Shown piece by piece: positions 55,500 to 64,000 of a stretch of DNA of 64,000 bases. The first letter of the stretch is position 1. The number at the start of each line of letters is the position of its first letter. Location: assembly GCA_018896645.1 (NCBI GenBank), contig JAHIMF010000005.1:997-64996 (forward strand), in the 5' to 3' direction. Below the pieces are notes generated by a model. That model ran no database searches and was not told the DNA's origin. It saw nothing but the letters and a program-made list of their open reading frames with translations. The stretch comes from Patescibacteria group bacterium (GTDB taxonomy: Bacteria; Patescibacteriota; Patescibacteriia; UBA2591; JABMQE01). The position numbers and the translations under genes are program-made.

Positions 55500-55665
55500 A
55501 TGCAAACTTTATCCTTTCAACACTTTTCTCTTTCCCTAAAGCCCTAATAATCTCAAAAACATCCGGGGAGTTTTTTTGACCGGAAACGGCCACGCGCAGG
55601 GGTCAAAAAGTTTCGGAGCGGGTTAAGTTTTGTTCTTCTCGCTTGGAATCAAGGGATTTATTTAG
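55500..55665 (-). pseudogene. Duplicated 3'-end fragment of gltX (about 160 nt, about 80-85% identical to 57060-57225)
   Basis: caacacttttctctttccctaaagccctaataatctcaaaaacatccgggga...ccggaaacggccacgcgcagggg aligns base by base with the true gltX 3' coding end. Confidence 0.7.
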
Positions 55666-56951
55666 CTTTCTCTCAAATATCCCCAGTTATGAAGTTTATC
55701 GCTATCGTTAAACCAACGTTCACCAATATCGTCACGATAATACATGTGGGGGATATTGATGTTTTTAATTCGGTTGTAAGCTTGTTCTTGGGTTTGTTTC
55801 ATGGTTTGACCAGTGCCGCAGACTATCAGCACGACGCCTGATGTTCCAGTAACCAGCCATTCATTATTAATCATTTTAACATCTTCTATGTGAACTCCTT
55901 CGGTAGGTTTTTTAAAAAAGATGACCGAATCTTTGGATTTAACTAGAAAGGTTTGTTTATCGCGGAAAGGGAACGGTGGTACAACAATACGAATACCGAT
56001 TTGGAAACCATTTTTAACTTTTAAAACGGGTTTGTTTCCGGAAGCAAGTTCAAAAAGAAATTCGCTGATAGGCGTAACCATTCCTTCTTGTTGGATGCTG
56101 ATAGTGGGGTAACCAAATCGGGCGGTCCATTCCAATGGGTAGATGCCATTAACATTAACAATGCAGTTAATATCAATATAGCCGATATATTTTTCTTGAG
56201 CGAGAACCGATTCAAATTTTTTTAGGGTGGCGTTAAAAATTTTGTTAGGAGTTGACCAAAACATAACAGTTCCCATTTCCCCAGTAGAAGGACCAAGGTT
56301 GCCGGGAAAGAGTTTTTTGTGCTCAAAGTTAACATTAATTGGATAGATAAATTCTTGGCCGTTAAAGAAGGCGCCGACAGCAATTTCGACACCGACTAAT
56401 CTTTTTTGGAGCTGAAAATTGGGAATTTTTTTGGCCCAGGCTTTGTTGTAATCGTTTAAAACTTGGATAACATCTCGGCCGTCGTCTTCTTCACCGATAA
56501 AAAGCAGGCCTTTTAAGTTTTGGGCCTCGCCGCTCGGTTTGATAACATATTTAGTAGGATTTTCTCGAACAAATTTAATTGCTTCTTCGAAATTAGTGAA
56601 ATTCCAATGAGGAGCTACTGATACGCCATGTTTTTTTAGCTCTTCTTGACCAAAGGCGCGTTCATCCTCAAGACGGTCAGTATACGGTGTTCCGCCGATA
56701 ACTCTTTTGCCTTGGTCGCGTAATTTTTTGGCAAGGGTTCCTTGGCCTAGGACATCATCAAAAATAATGACATCAGCCCATTCGACTTCCTGTTGCCAAT
56801 TAAGAGTTTTTTCAACGAAGCCATCACCGACTTCACGTTCTTCTGACTCTTTAATATAATATTTAGTTTGATGTCCTTCCTTTTTTATTTGCCAGGCGAT
56901 ATCGGTGATCAGGCCGTCGTAGGAATAAAAGAGAAATTTTAGAGGTTTCAT
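55662..56951 (-). CDS. PurD (phosphoribosylamine-glycine ligase)-family ATP-grasp protein, divergent: N-terminal Gly-rich loop not conserved
   Basis: Collinear similarity to PurD across the ATP-grasp and C-domains (PSTGEMGTVMFW vs GPNTGGMGAYSP; IDINCIVNVNGIYPLEWTARFGYPT vs IEFNCRFGDPE; MYYRDDIGERW vs CFCRKDIGWRA). N-terminus FYSYDGLITDIAWQI replaces GNGGREHALAWK. Confidence 0.6.
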   Translation of the reverse strand: MKPLKFLFYSYDGLITDIAWQIKKEGHQTKYYIKESEEREVGDGFVEKTLNWQQEVEWADVIIFDDVLGQGTLAKKLRDQGKRVIGGTPYTDRLEDERAFGQEELKKHGVSVAPHWNFTNFEEAIKFVRENPTKYVIKPSGEAQNLKGLLFIGEEDDGRDVIQVLNDYNKAWAKKIPNFQLQKRLVGVEIAVGAFFNGQEFIYPINVNFEHKKLFPGNLGPSTGEMGTVMFWSTPNKIFNATLKKFESVLAQEKYIGYIDINCIVNVNGIYPLEWTARFGYPTISIQQEGMVTPISEFLFELASGNKPVLKVKNGFQIGIRIVVPPFPFRDKQTFLVKSKDSVIFFKKPTEGVHIEDVKMINNEWLVTGTSGVVLIVCGTGQTMKQTQEQAYNRIKNINIPHMYYRDDIGERWFNDSDKLHNWGYLRES

Positions 56952-57035
56952 TTTTTTGGATGATGAATTATTTTATTATGGGATAGGCGAATTCAACGGA
57001 TTTGTTTTGATTGAATTCGTTGATATTATTCTTAA

Positions 57036-58508
57036 TTATTTTTTAAGTAGATTTAAGGCATGTTTAATTCGTTCAACACTTTTCTCTTTCCCCAAAGCAC
57101 TAATAATCTCAAAAACATCAGGAGAATTTTGTTGGCCGGAAACGGCTACGCGCAGGGGCCAGAGGGCGTCGGAACGCGATAAATTTTGTTTTTCGCGTTG
57201 GGAATCTAATTCTTCTCGTAATTTTTGGCTATTCCCTATTGTTCGATTGCTCGATTGCTCGATTGTCGATAGGGTAAATTCCAAAGCCTTGATTGTTGTT
57301 TCTTTGGTTGATTTTTTGGGAATGAGAAGCCCGGACTTATATTCTAATTTTTCTTGAAAAATAAAGCCAACTAACTCCCCTATCTCGTTTAATCGTTTTA
57401 ATCTGTCTTGGGCGAGTTTGACAATATTTTCGTTTGTTTTTTTGTTTTTTTGTTTTTTTGTTTTTTTTATAAATCCAGCTTCAATTAAAAATGGCAAACA
57501 CAATTCAGTAAGTCGTTCAACTGGCAACTGCCGTATGTACCAACCATTAAGCCAATCCAGTTTTTCAAGATTAAAAATCGCGCCGGCCTTTTGGACTTTT
57601 TGCAATTCAAAATCTTCAATTAACTCATTAGAAGAATATGCCTCTTTGTCCGTACCCGGGTTCCAGCCCAGAAAAGCAATAAAGTTAATCAAAGCTTCTT
57701 TAAGATAACCCTTTTTTAGATAATCTTCAACCGCGACATCACCCTGGCGTTTGGAAAGTTTTGATTTGTTTGGATTGAGAAGAAGCGGAAGATGAGCAAA
57801 CTCGGGAGGCCGCCATTCAAAATATTTATAAAGTAAAATGTGTTTTGGTGTTGAAGACAGCCACTCCTCTCCCCTAATAACATGACTAATTTTCATCTCG
57901 TGGTCATCAACCACACTAGCCAAATGATAGGTTGGGTAACCGTCAGATTTAAGTAAAACTTGGTCGTCAATCAAGTCATTTTCAAATTTAACTTTGCCCC
58001 GCACAATATCTTCAAATTCAGTCATCCCCTGCTCTGGCACTCTCATCCGGATTATATGCGGTTTACTTTCTTTAATATTTTTTTCAACATCTTCCCGGCT
58101 CAACTCACGGCAATGCCCATCATATTTTGGCGGTTCTTTGCGTGTTTGCTGTTCTTTACGCATCTTTTCCAATCGCTCGGTTGAACAAAAACAATAATAA
58201 GCTTTATTATTTTTGACTAATTGTTCAGCGTGCTTTTTATAAATATCCAATCGCTGGGATTGCACTACCACCGGTTCATCACTCTCCATATCAAAATCTT
58301 TGAGCGTTTTAAGTAGTTTTTCAGTAGCGCCTTCGATTTGTCTTTTTTTGTCCGTATCTTCAATCCGAATCAAAAATTTACCCTTATTATGTCGGGTAAA
58401 TAAAAAATTATATAAAGCGCTCCGAAGGCTCCCAACATGGAGAAAACCAGTTGGGCTGGGCGCGAAACGAACGCGGATTGGAGAGGGGGTTGACATAATT
58501 GGGATCAT
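57036..58508 (-). CDS. gltX: Glutamyl-tRNA synthetase
   Basis: HVGSLRSALYNFLF (HIGH region), KLSKR (KMSKS), anticodon-binding domain. Confidence 0.92.
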   Translation of the reverse strand: MIPIMSTPSPIRVRFAPSPTGFLHVGSLRSALYNFLFTRHNKGKFLIRIEDTDKKRQIEGATEKLLKTLKDFDMESDEPVVVQSQRLDIYKKHAEQLVKNNKAYYCFCSTERLEKMRKEQQTRKEPPKYDGHCRELSREDVEKNIKESKPHIIRMRVPEQGMTEFEDIVRGKVKFENDLIDDQVLLKSDGYPTYHLASVVDDHEMKISHVIRGEEWLSSTPKHILLYKYFEWRPPEFAHLPLLLNPNKSKLSKRQGDVAVEDYLKKGYLKEALINFIAFLGWNPGTDKEAYSSNELIEDFELQKVQKAGAIFNLEKLDWLNGWYIRQLPVERLTELCLPFLIEAGFIKKTKKQKNKKTNENIVKLAQDRLKRLNEIGELVGFIFQEKLEYKSGLLIPKKSTKETTIKALEFTLSTIEQSSNRTIGNSQKLREELDSQREKQNLSRSDALWPLRVAVSGQQNSPDVFEIISALGKEKSVERIKHALNLLKK

Positions 58509-58577
58509 GATTTAATATGGTGGTGACAGCAGGAATTGAAATCAAACCGCTTGATTAAACTGGACGGGGGTGTGAAT

Positions 58578-58754
58578 ATGAAAATTTTTGTAGCTATGAA
58601 CGGAGACTTGCGTGAATTTACGCGAGATGAGTTGTTGGCGGAGTCCGGAGAGAACCTTATTAAGTTTCATCGTATCAATGTGGTTTTCTGCAATGCGGAC
58701 TGTCAGTGCGATTTGGAAAAATTGGAGGAAGTTATGTTGGAGAGAATGAGCTAA
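58578..58754 (+). CDS. Small hypothetical protein (58 aa) followed by a strong terminator
   Basis: MKIFVAMNGDLREFTRDELLAESGENLIKFHRINVVFCNADCQCDLEKLEEVMLERMS; G-rich SD-like sequence upstream. Confidence 0.35.
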   Translation: MKIFVAMNGDLREFTRDELLAESGENLIKFHRINVVFCNADCQCDLEKLEEVMLERMS

Positions 58755-58776
58755 TCTCTTCCTGCCTCGTGATTTG

Positions 58777-58822
58777 TTCCCAATCCGTGTTTTGAATTTT
58801 ACACGGGTTGGGATTTTTTTAT
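58777..58822 (+). terminator. Rho-independent terminator (cccaatccgtgttttgaattttacacgggttggg + T7)
   Basis: 10-bp stem and a T-run. Confidence 0.65.
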
Positions 58823-58939
58823 ACAAAATGCAAACCGTGATAATTTAGTATTCAACTATTCGTGCGAATAGTTGAATGGTTTAATTCTAAATATTCCAAA
58901 TTTTTTGTAAGAATCTTTGCGATGTTTGATTTTAATTTT

Positions 58940-59554
58940 TCATTTTCCACCCAACTCTTTCAAAATTCCCTTTTTTGTTTTCGCCATTTTTTGTTCGTTG
59001 ATTTTTAGTTCTTCGGCTCTTGTGGTATTTTTTAAAAAAGATAAAAATTGTTTGTTGAGAGATTGCAAATTATTTTTTTTGATTAAATTTTTATATTCCC
59101 GCCAATCAAATTCCGGGAGCAAAGCCAAACTTAAAAGGTCAAGCTCGTCTTTTCGGCCTTTGGTTGAACCTTGTCGATTTTGCCAGGCGTGAAGTTTCAG
59201 CAAAAACAGGATTTCCAATTTTGGCAGATGAAAGCCCTCGCGATTTTGCGCGGTTTTTTTAATACGAGAGAGATCAATCCCTAATTCCGAATAATGCGGC
59301 AGATAAATGTCAATGTCAAATTCGCCGGATTTTATTTCGTATTTTTTGAGGCGATCGTTTTTGAAAACCTCATATTTTTCTTTCAGCCGGGCTAATTCTT
59401 GATATTCTATAATAATATCAATATCTTTGGATTTTAAACTGTGCGAGTATAGAAAAACTGCCCAGCCGCCAATCAAAATAAAATCGTATTCTTGATTAAA
59501 CTTTTGCAAAAATTCAAAACTTTTTTGAGTAATTATGTTATGATAAAATTGCAT
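58940..59554 (-). CDS. Nucleotidyltransferase-fold protein (AbiEii/MNT-like putative toxin)
   Basis: DFILIGGWAVFLYSHSLKSKDIDIII matches the GG...S.D.D polymerase-beta NTase motif. Confidence 0.5.
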   Translation of the reverse strand: MQFYHNIITQKSFEFLQKFNQEYDFILIGGWAVFLYSHSLKSKDIDIIIEYQELARLKEKYEVFKNDRLKKYEIKSGEFDIDIYLPHYSELGIDLSRIKKTAQNREGFHLPKLEILFLLKLHAWQNRQGSTKGRKDELDLLSLALLPEFDWREYKNLIKKNNLQSLNKQFLSFLKNTTRAEELKINEQKMAKTKKGILKELGGK

Positions 59555-59558
59555 AAAT

Positions 59559-60149
59559 TCAAATTAAATTCATTTTTTCTTTAAGGCATTTCAGAAAATC
59601 TTTGGCATACCAATCAGACAGATTCCAAAGGTCGGCAAAAGTTTGGACATCAGGGGTGTTTTCGCCGAAATCTTTCAGGCAAGCATCGGCTTTTAAAACA
59701 AATAAATTTTTCTGGCCTTTTTCTTGAGGAAATCTTTTTTTAACTTCTGCCAATTGGCTGGGGTCGGCGTAAATATAAACTTTGTCGTAGTCAGCCGGAG
59801 ATTCTCGATATTTTTTGGCGTAAGCGCTATAAGCGCCAAAAATAATTGCTTGGGGCATTAGCCCTTCAATTTCATTAGGATTTTTAGCAACATTGGTTGA
59901 GTAAATAATTTCTTTTGTTAAATTCCTTTGAGTAGCCCAGAAATATAAAAATTTTTCTTTGTCTTGGATTAAAAAATTGCGACCGGTTACTTTGACAGCG
60001 CCTGATTGTCTGGGAACTTTCAGGGCGTTAAAAACAGTACTTAAAGAAATCCTAAACTTTTCAGATAGATCTTTTTGGGTAAATTCGATTTTTTTATTGT
60101 CTATGGCTTGATGCAAAATTTCCCGCCAGAGAATTTCTTTTTTGGTCAT
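59559..60149 (-). CDS. wHTH-domain protein, AbiEi-like putative antitoxin/regulator
   Basis: N-terminal HTH (FTQKDLSEKFRISLSTVFNALKV); 4-nt gap to the NTase gene. Confidence 0.4.
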   Translation of the reverse strand: MTKKEILWREILHQAIDNKKIEFTQKDLSEKFRISLSTVFNALKVPRQSGAVKVTGRNFLIQDKEKFLYFWATQRNLTKEIIYSTNVAKNPNEIEGLMPQAIIFGAYSAYAKKYRESPADYDKVYIYADPSQLAEVKKRFPQEKGQKNLFVLKADACLKDFGENTPDVQTFADLWNLSDWYAKDFLKCLKEKMNLI

Positions 60150-60228
60150 AAATTGATAAATCTCCTAAAATTAGGTTTCTGTTTTTTGATAAAATTTATA
60201 GGTTCATTTCTATCATATTAGAAATGAG

Positions 60229-60987
60229 TTATTTTGTCAATTTTTCCTTCAAAACCAACCACATAAACACTGCCGTAGCGTTCCAAATTCTTTTTATTCG
60301 TTTTGGCTGTAAAATTAACCGAACCAGCCATTCCAGGCCTAAAATTCGCAAAAATTTGGGCGCTCTGGGGGTTTTTTTGCTGATATAGTCAAAACTACCC
60401 CCAACACCCATGGCCAAGCGCACAGAGGGTAATTTTGGCAAATTTTGGACTATCCACTTTTCTTGTTTAACTTGGCCTAAGGCAACGAGTATAATGTCAG
60501 GATTTGCTGATTTTATTTTAGCAATATTTTGACTATTATTCAACTTTGGATTGATAATTGATAATTGATAATTGATAATTCCGCCGGAGTGCGCGCCTGC
60601 TATTTTTAATTCAGGAAATTTTTGCTTTAGCTTATTCACAGCTTTTTTGGCTACCCCCTCCCCGGCTCCGAATAAATATATTGACTTGTTTTTTTGGGCT
60701 GCGAGTTTGCAAATTTTTATCATCAAATCAACTCCGGCAAGGCGGTTGATTTTTTGTTTATGCAAAATACGAGCCGCAATTTTAAGACCCATACCATCAG
60801 GAATAGCAATGTCTGCCTTATTTAATATTTTGGTAAATTCTTGATCTTTTTGGGCGGCAACAATAAACTCTGGATTGGGGGTAACAATGTAGTGTTGTTC
60901 CTCACTATTCAAAAAATGTTCAATTTTTCTTAGAACTTCAGTTCTGGAGAGATTATCAATTTGGACGCCGAGAATGGTAGGTTTCAT
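60229..60987 (-). CDS. WecB/TagA/CpsF-family glycosyltransferase (GT26)
   Basis: Family-typical ...NPEF.V.A..D..F...LN.AD...PDG.G...A.... Confidence 0.8.
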   Translation of the reverse strand: MKPTILGVQIDNLSRTEVLRKIEHFLNSEEQHYIVTPNPEFIVAAQKDQEFTKILNKADIAIPDGMGLKIAARILHKQKINRLAGVDLMIKICKLAAQKNKSIYLFGAGEGVAKKAVNKLKQKFPELKIAGAHSGGIINYQLSIINPKLNNSQNIAKIKSANPDIILVALGQVKQEKWIVQNLPKLPSVRLAMGVGGSFDYISKKTPRAPKFLRILGLEWLVRLILQPKRIKRIWNATAVFMWLVLKEKLTK

Positions 60988-60999
60988 AATATATGTTTA

Positions 61000-61025
61000 T
61001 AATGTTATGGAACCATTCGCACGAA
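61000..61025. repeat. Perfect 24-bp palindrome ggaaccattcgcacgaatggttcc (also at about 61338-61362, about 16709 and about 10520)
   Basis: Exact sequence recurrence in four intergenic sites. Confidence 0.85.
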
Positions 61026-61035
61026 TGGTTCCAAA

Positions 61036-61323
61036 CTACTTTTTAATATTAAGAATCATTTTCAAAAATTTTAATGCCTCTTGGGTTGGTTTATTCTGGT
61101 TTTTAAAATTTGAGTCATAATATACGAACATGCCATCCTTTATTCTCTTGATGAACCCCGCGGATTCCAATACAAGCAAATGTTTAGATGTTCCTTTTAT
61201 ACTGATTCTAAACTTGCTGGCAGTATCGCCCACGGTTAATTTTTCATTATTTAACATCATTTTCATGATACTCAATCTTTTTTCATTCCCCAGGGCTTTA
61301 AATTTTTTACTAAGCTGCCGCAT
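61036..61323 (-). CDS. ArsR/SmtB-family transcriptional regulator
   Basis: ALGNEKRLSIMKMMLNNEKLTVGDTASKFRISIKGTSKHLLVLESAGFIKR. Confidence 0.8.
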   Translation of the reverse strand: MRQLSKKFKALGNEKRLSIMKMMLNNEKLTVGDTASKFRISIKGTSKHLLVLESAGFIKRIKDGMFVYYDSNFKNQNKPTQEALKFLKMILNIKK

Positions 61324-61408
61324 AAATTTTTATATTTGTATCTGGAACCATTCGCACGAATGGTTCACGATTATTAATACTACTATTTATATTAATATTA
61401 CTTATATT

Positions 61409-61963
61409 CTACCCCAACTTAAACGATTTAACAACCCTATACTTGGCTCCACCTGGCGTCAGTTGACTTTCCATCAATTCAATGCTTCTCACCTCAAAAT
61501 CACTCTCCCCCATCTCCACTCGCGGAATATTTAACTGGCATTTGTCCTTGACTCTAGCAATAGTAACATGTTCGTGCCATGGCCGTGACTCCACGTCAAA
61601 ACCACCCTTTTCTAATTCCTCGCCAATAGCTTTTTGAATACTGCAAGCTTTCCCACCGCCCAATTTTCCACAATCGACAAATATTATCCTGGGATTGTCA
61701 AAATTAGGAAAAACGTCTATGTTATCCAATCTCATAATAAAAGGGGGGCAATTTTTATTTACTTTCTCTAATATTTTTTCAACTTGCGGTATTTGTTGCT
61801 CTTCTAGGTAACCCAAAAAATGCAAGGTCAAGTGCAGGCCCTCGGGATTTGTCCACTTCACGGGCAGCCCCTTGTTTCTTCTTTCCAATTCTAAGATCAG
61901 TTTTGCTAATCTTTTTTTGAGCGGTTCTGGAAGATTGATGGCGATAAAAAGGCGATGTTTCAT
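61409..61963 (-). CDS. thpR: RNA 2',3'-cyclic phosphodiesterase / 2'-5' RNA ligase (LigT/ThpR, 2H family)
   Basis: Two H-x-T-x motifs (HLTLHF and HVTIAR). Confidence 0.85.
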   Translation of the reverse strand: MKHRLFIAINLPEPLKKRLAKLILELERRNKGLPVKWTNPEGLHLTLHFLGYLEEQQIPQVEKILEKVNKNCPPFIMRLDNIDVFPNFDNPRIIFVDCGKLGGGKACSIQKAIGEELEKGGFDVESRPWHEHVTIARVKDKCQLNIPRVEMGESDFEVRSIELMESQLTPGGAKYRVVKSFKLG

Positions 61964-62025
61964 AAAATATAATTCAAATCTACAAATGAATGCTAATCTA
62001 CAAATGTTACAAATTTCGTTGATAA

Positions 62026-62940
62026 TTGTATTTTATCATGATTTGGGTTAATATTAAAGATATGAAAGAAGCAATATTGTACAAAAAATTGAACAATCGA
62101 AAAGTTCAATGTCGGGTGTGTAATCATTATTGTAAAATTAATCCTGGTAAGCGTGGTGTTTGCGGGGTGCGGGAGAACAAAAATGGTAAATTATACAGTT
62201 TAGTTTATGACAGAGCTTGTGCGGAAAATATTGACCCAATTGAGAAAAAGCCATTTTATCATTTCTTACCCGGCACCTTTTCCCTTTCTATCGCCACGGT
62301 AGGTTGTAATTTTCGTTGTCATAATTGTCAAAATTGGGATATTAGTCAAAATGTCAAAATTGCAGCTGACATTATTGGGCAAGAATTGCCACCTGAAAAA
62401 ATTGTTCAAAATGCAATAGATAATAATTGTCCTAGTATTTCTTATACTTATACCGAGCCAACAATATTTTTAGAATATGCTTTGGACACAATGAAATTGG
62501 CTCGCAAAGCCGGATTAAAAAACTGTTGGGTAAGTAATGGGTACATGAGCAAGGAATCACTTAAGCTTATTTTTCCAAATCTTGACGCTATTAATGTTGA
62601 TTTGAAATCTTCTGATGATGAATTTTATAAAAAATACTGTAACGCGAGATTGCAACCGGTCTTAGATAATCTGATGGCAATCAAAAAAGCTAAAGTTCAT
62701 TTGGAAGTGACGACTTTAGTTATCCCGACCCTCAATGATGAGGAAAATAACCTAAAAAAAATCGCCCAATTTATTCATGGCAAATTAGGCGCGGATACCC
62801 CATGGCATGTCAGTCGTTTTTCTGGAATGATTTCTTGGAAACTTCAACATCTGCCAGATACGCCAGCAGAAACTATAAGACGAGCTAAAGAGATTGGTGA
62901 AGGGGTTGGACTTAAGCGGGTGCATTTAGGCAATATTTGA
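62026..62940 (+). CDS. Radical SAM enzyme of the AmmeMemoRadiSam family; true start likely the ATG at about 62062
   Basis: N-terminal Cys cluster CRVCNHYCKINPGKRGVCGVREN and the radical-SAM CxxxCxxC (CNFRCHNCQNW). Confidence 0.75.
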   Translation: MYFIMIWVNIKDMKEAILYKKLNNRKVQCRVCNHYCKINPGKRGVCGVRENKNGKLYSLVYDRACAENIDPIEKKPFYHFLPGTFSLSIATVGCNFRCHNCQNWDISQNVKIAADIIGQELPPEKIVQNAIDNNCPSISYTYTEPTIFLEYALDTMKLARKAGLKNCWVSNGYMSKESLKLIFPNLDAINVDLKSSDDEFYKKYCNARLQPVLDNLMAIKKAKVHLEVTTLVIPTLNDEENNLKKIAQFIHGKLGADTPWHVSRFSGMISWKLQHLPDTPAETIRRAKEIGEGVGLKRVHLGNI

Positions 62941-63157
62941 TATATAACATAATTATCAAAAAGTAAAAACGACTCACTGGTTTTAACCTAGGTGAGTCGT
63001 TGTGTTCTTCTACCAGCGACACTATAAAGAGCATATCGCTGCACATTCTATTATTATGTTCCAATAATCTAAAAAGTCAAGCCCCTACAATTAGCCAAAA
63101 AAATACGCGCTTATCTGCATTAAACAAGCGCGTATTTTTTATTTGAAATGTAATAAA

Positions 63158-64000
63158 TTAGTTACTAATATAATCAGCCACTACAACCAACCGTTTCTCG
63201 CTAGTAAATAACGGTGTGCAAGTGAAAAGAGTTAAAACTGGCTGGGTGGTATTGGACAGAATTTCTACTTGTCCCGGATCAACTACTTTAATCTCTTTAA
63301 CTTGATACTGATACTCTTTATCCCGCCAAATCACTTTTACTATATCCCCAACTCCCAATTTATCCAAAAGATAAAAAGTTCGGGAGCTGGGTGGTTGGTA
63401 TAAATAGCGATGAGCAGAAATTACTGTATTGCCGCCCTTGTCCGGAGCAGAGGTTCCGGGTATATGCCAGGCGCCTTGGTATAAAACATTGGCATCAGCT
63501 CCTTCTATAATCTTCATATCAACCCCAATTTTGGGAATAATGATTTTATTGACTGGCTCAATTCTGGCGAGCTGCGTGGCAACTGGTTGTGGCTCTTGAT
63601 AATTTAGAAGCTCCTTCTTATCATTAGCTTCAGTCACTTGAGTGGGGAGGGATAATTTTTCCTCACTATTCCCGGGGAAAGATAACAGGACGGGTTCTTC
63701 TTGTTCAATTTCTAAATCGGGAATTTCCTCAAAAACCAGGGCTGATTGGATGCTCTGTTCCAAAGCATCTCCGGGTAATGACTGCCTGTCTAAATAAGAA
63801 TTATCTAGAAAATGATAGCCCAATAAGGTTCCCAAGGGATATATAACCAAACCCAAGCTCAAACACAGGGTAATTAAGGCGAGGATTCTAAAGGGTCTAT
63901 TATTTTTGGCCGGTTTTGGTAAAAGATTAACACCTTTAGATGTTAGACGATATGTATTTTTTGCTGTCAAAGTAAACATAAGCACTGGAACAAATAACAA
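63158..64000 (-). CDS. Sortase (transpeptidase); N-terminus may extend beyond the window
   Basis: Active-site His (ISAHR), TLFTCTP (TLxTC Cys motif), N-terminal membrane anchor. Confidence 0.8.
   Translation of the reverse strand: MLFVPVLMFTLTAKNTYRLTSKGVNLLPKPAKNNRPFRILALITLCLSLGLVIYPLGTLLGYHFLDNSYLDRQSLPGDALEQSIQSALVFEEIPDLEIEQEEPVLLSFPGNSEEKLSLPTQVTEANDKKELLNYQEPQPVATQLARIEPVNKIIIPKIGVDMKIIEGADANVLYQGAWHIPGTSAPDKGGNTVISAHRYLYQPPSSRTFYLLDKLGVGDIVKVIWRDKEYQYQVKEIKVVDPGQVEILSNTTQPVLTLFTCTPLFTSEKRLVVVADYISN

Noticed and set aside
56956-57357. 133-aa + strand ORF
   Set aside because: Antisense to the gltX 3' end and overlapping the duplicated segment; no support.
57410-57480. Tandem (ttttttg)n repeat
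   Set aside because: Lies inside gltX and simply encodes a Lys-rich linker (KKTKKQKNKK) on the minus strand; this is a coding low-complexity stretch.
60540-60580. (ttgataa) x4 tandem repeat and the gttaatag x4 repeat at 27-60 as possible CRISPR arrays
   Set aside because: Units are 7-8 nt with no spacers. The first is inside the TagA/WecG coding sequence and the second is a short AT-rich promoter-region repeat. No cas genes in the window.

Overview
The window is AT-rich, gene-dense DNA from a small-genome bacterium, with Candidate Phyla Radiation/Patescibacteria-like traits (this assignment is inference): a compact ProRS, an RpoA lacking the alpha-CTD, a four-helix-bundle protein gene and an intein. 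The + strand runs as follows. Intein-containing ugd, then murB, then the end of the alpha operon: infA, rpmJ (not in the ORF track), rpsM, rpsK, rpsD, rpoA, rplQ, then rplM-rpsI. Next comes a surface-polysaccharide cluster: Wzx-like flippase, GT4, YerC/TrpR-like protein, four GT2, Wzy/WaaL-like polymerase, with a translationally coupled hicBA module inside. After that: tig, mreB, holB, a BNR lipoprotein, four-helix-bundle protein, frr, rseP, proS, a second mreB with mreC-mreD-mrdA, greA, a REC-domain island, lysS, Fic plus RHH/RelE-like TA plus HD, a HlyD/ABC/FtsX (MacAB-like) exporter, an AbiEii-like NTase, serS, ftsQ-like and a Xer recombinase. The minus strand then carries SprT-like, HD, pilin-like, M23, a tRNA-like element, a PurD-like ATP-grasp gene, gltX, a second AbiE-like pair, TagA/WecG, ArsR and thpR, followed by a + strand radical-SAM gene and a partial minus-strand sortase. 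No CRISPR array or rRNA was found. The most notable findings are several single-gene or few-gene cassettes bounded by direct repeats or by duplicated host-gene ends: the PurD-like gene at a duplicated gltX 3' end, the 4HB gene at a duplicated frr leader, the REC island with 36-nt direct repeats, and a MITE carrying a membrane-protein ORF. There are also at least seven families of short palindromic or inverted repeats scattered through intergenic regions, and in two cases inside coding sequence. All annotations rest on reading the translated ORFs and the nucleotide sequence by eye. No database search was run.
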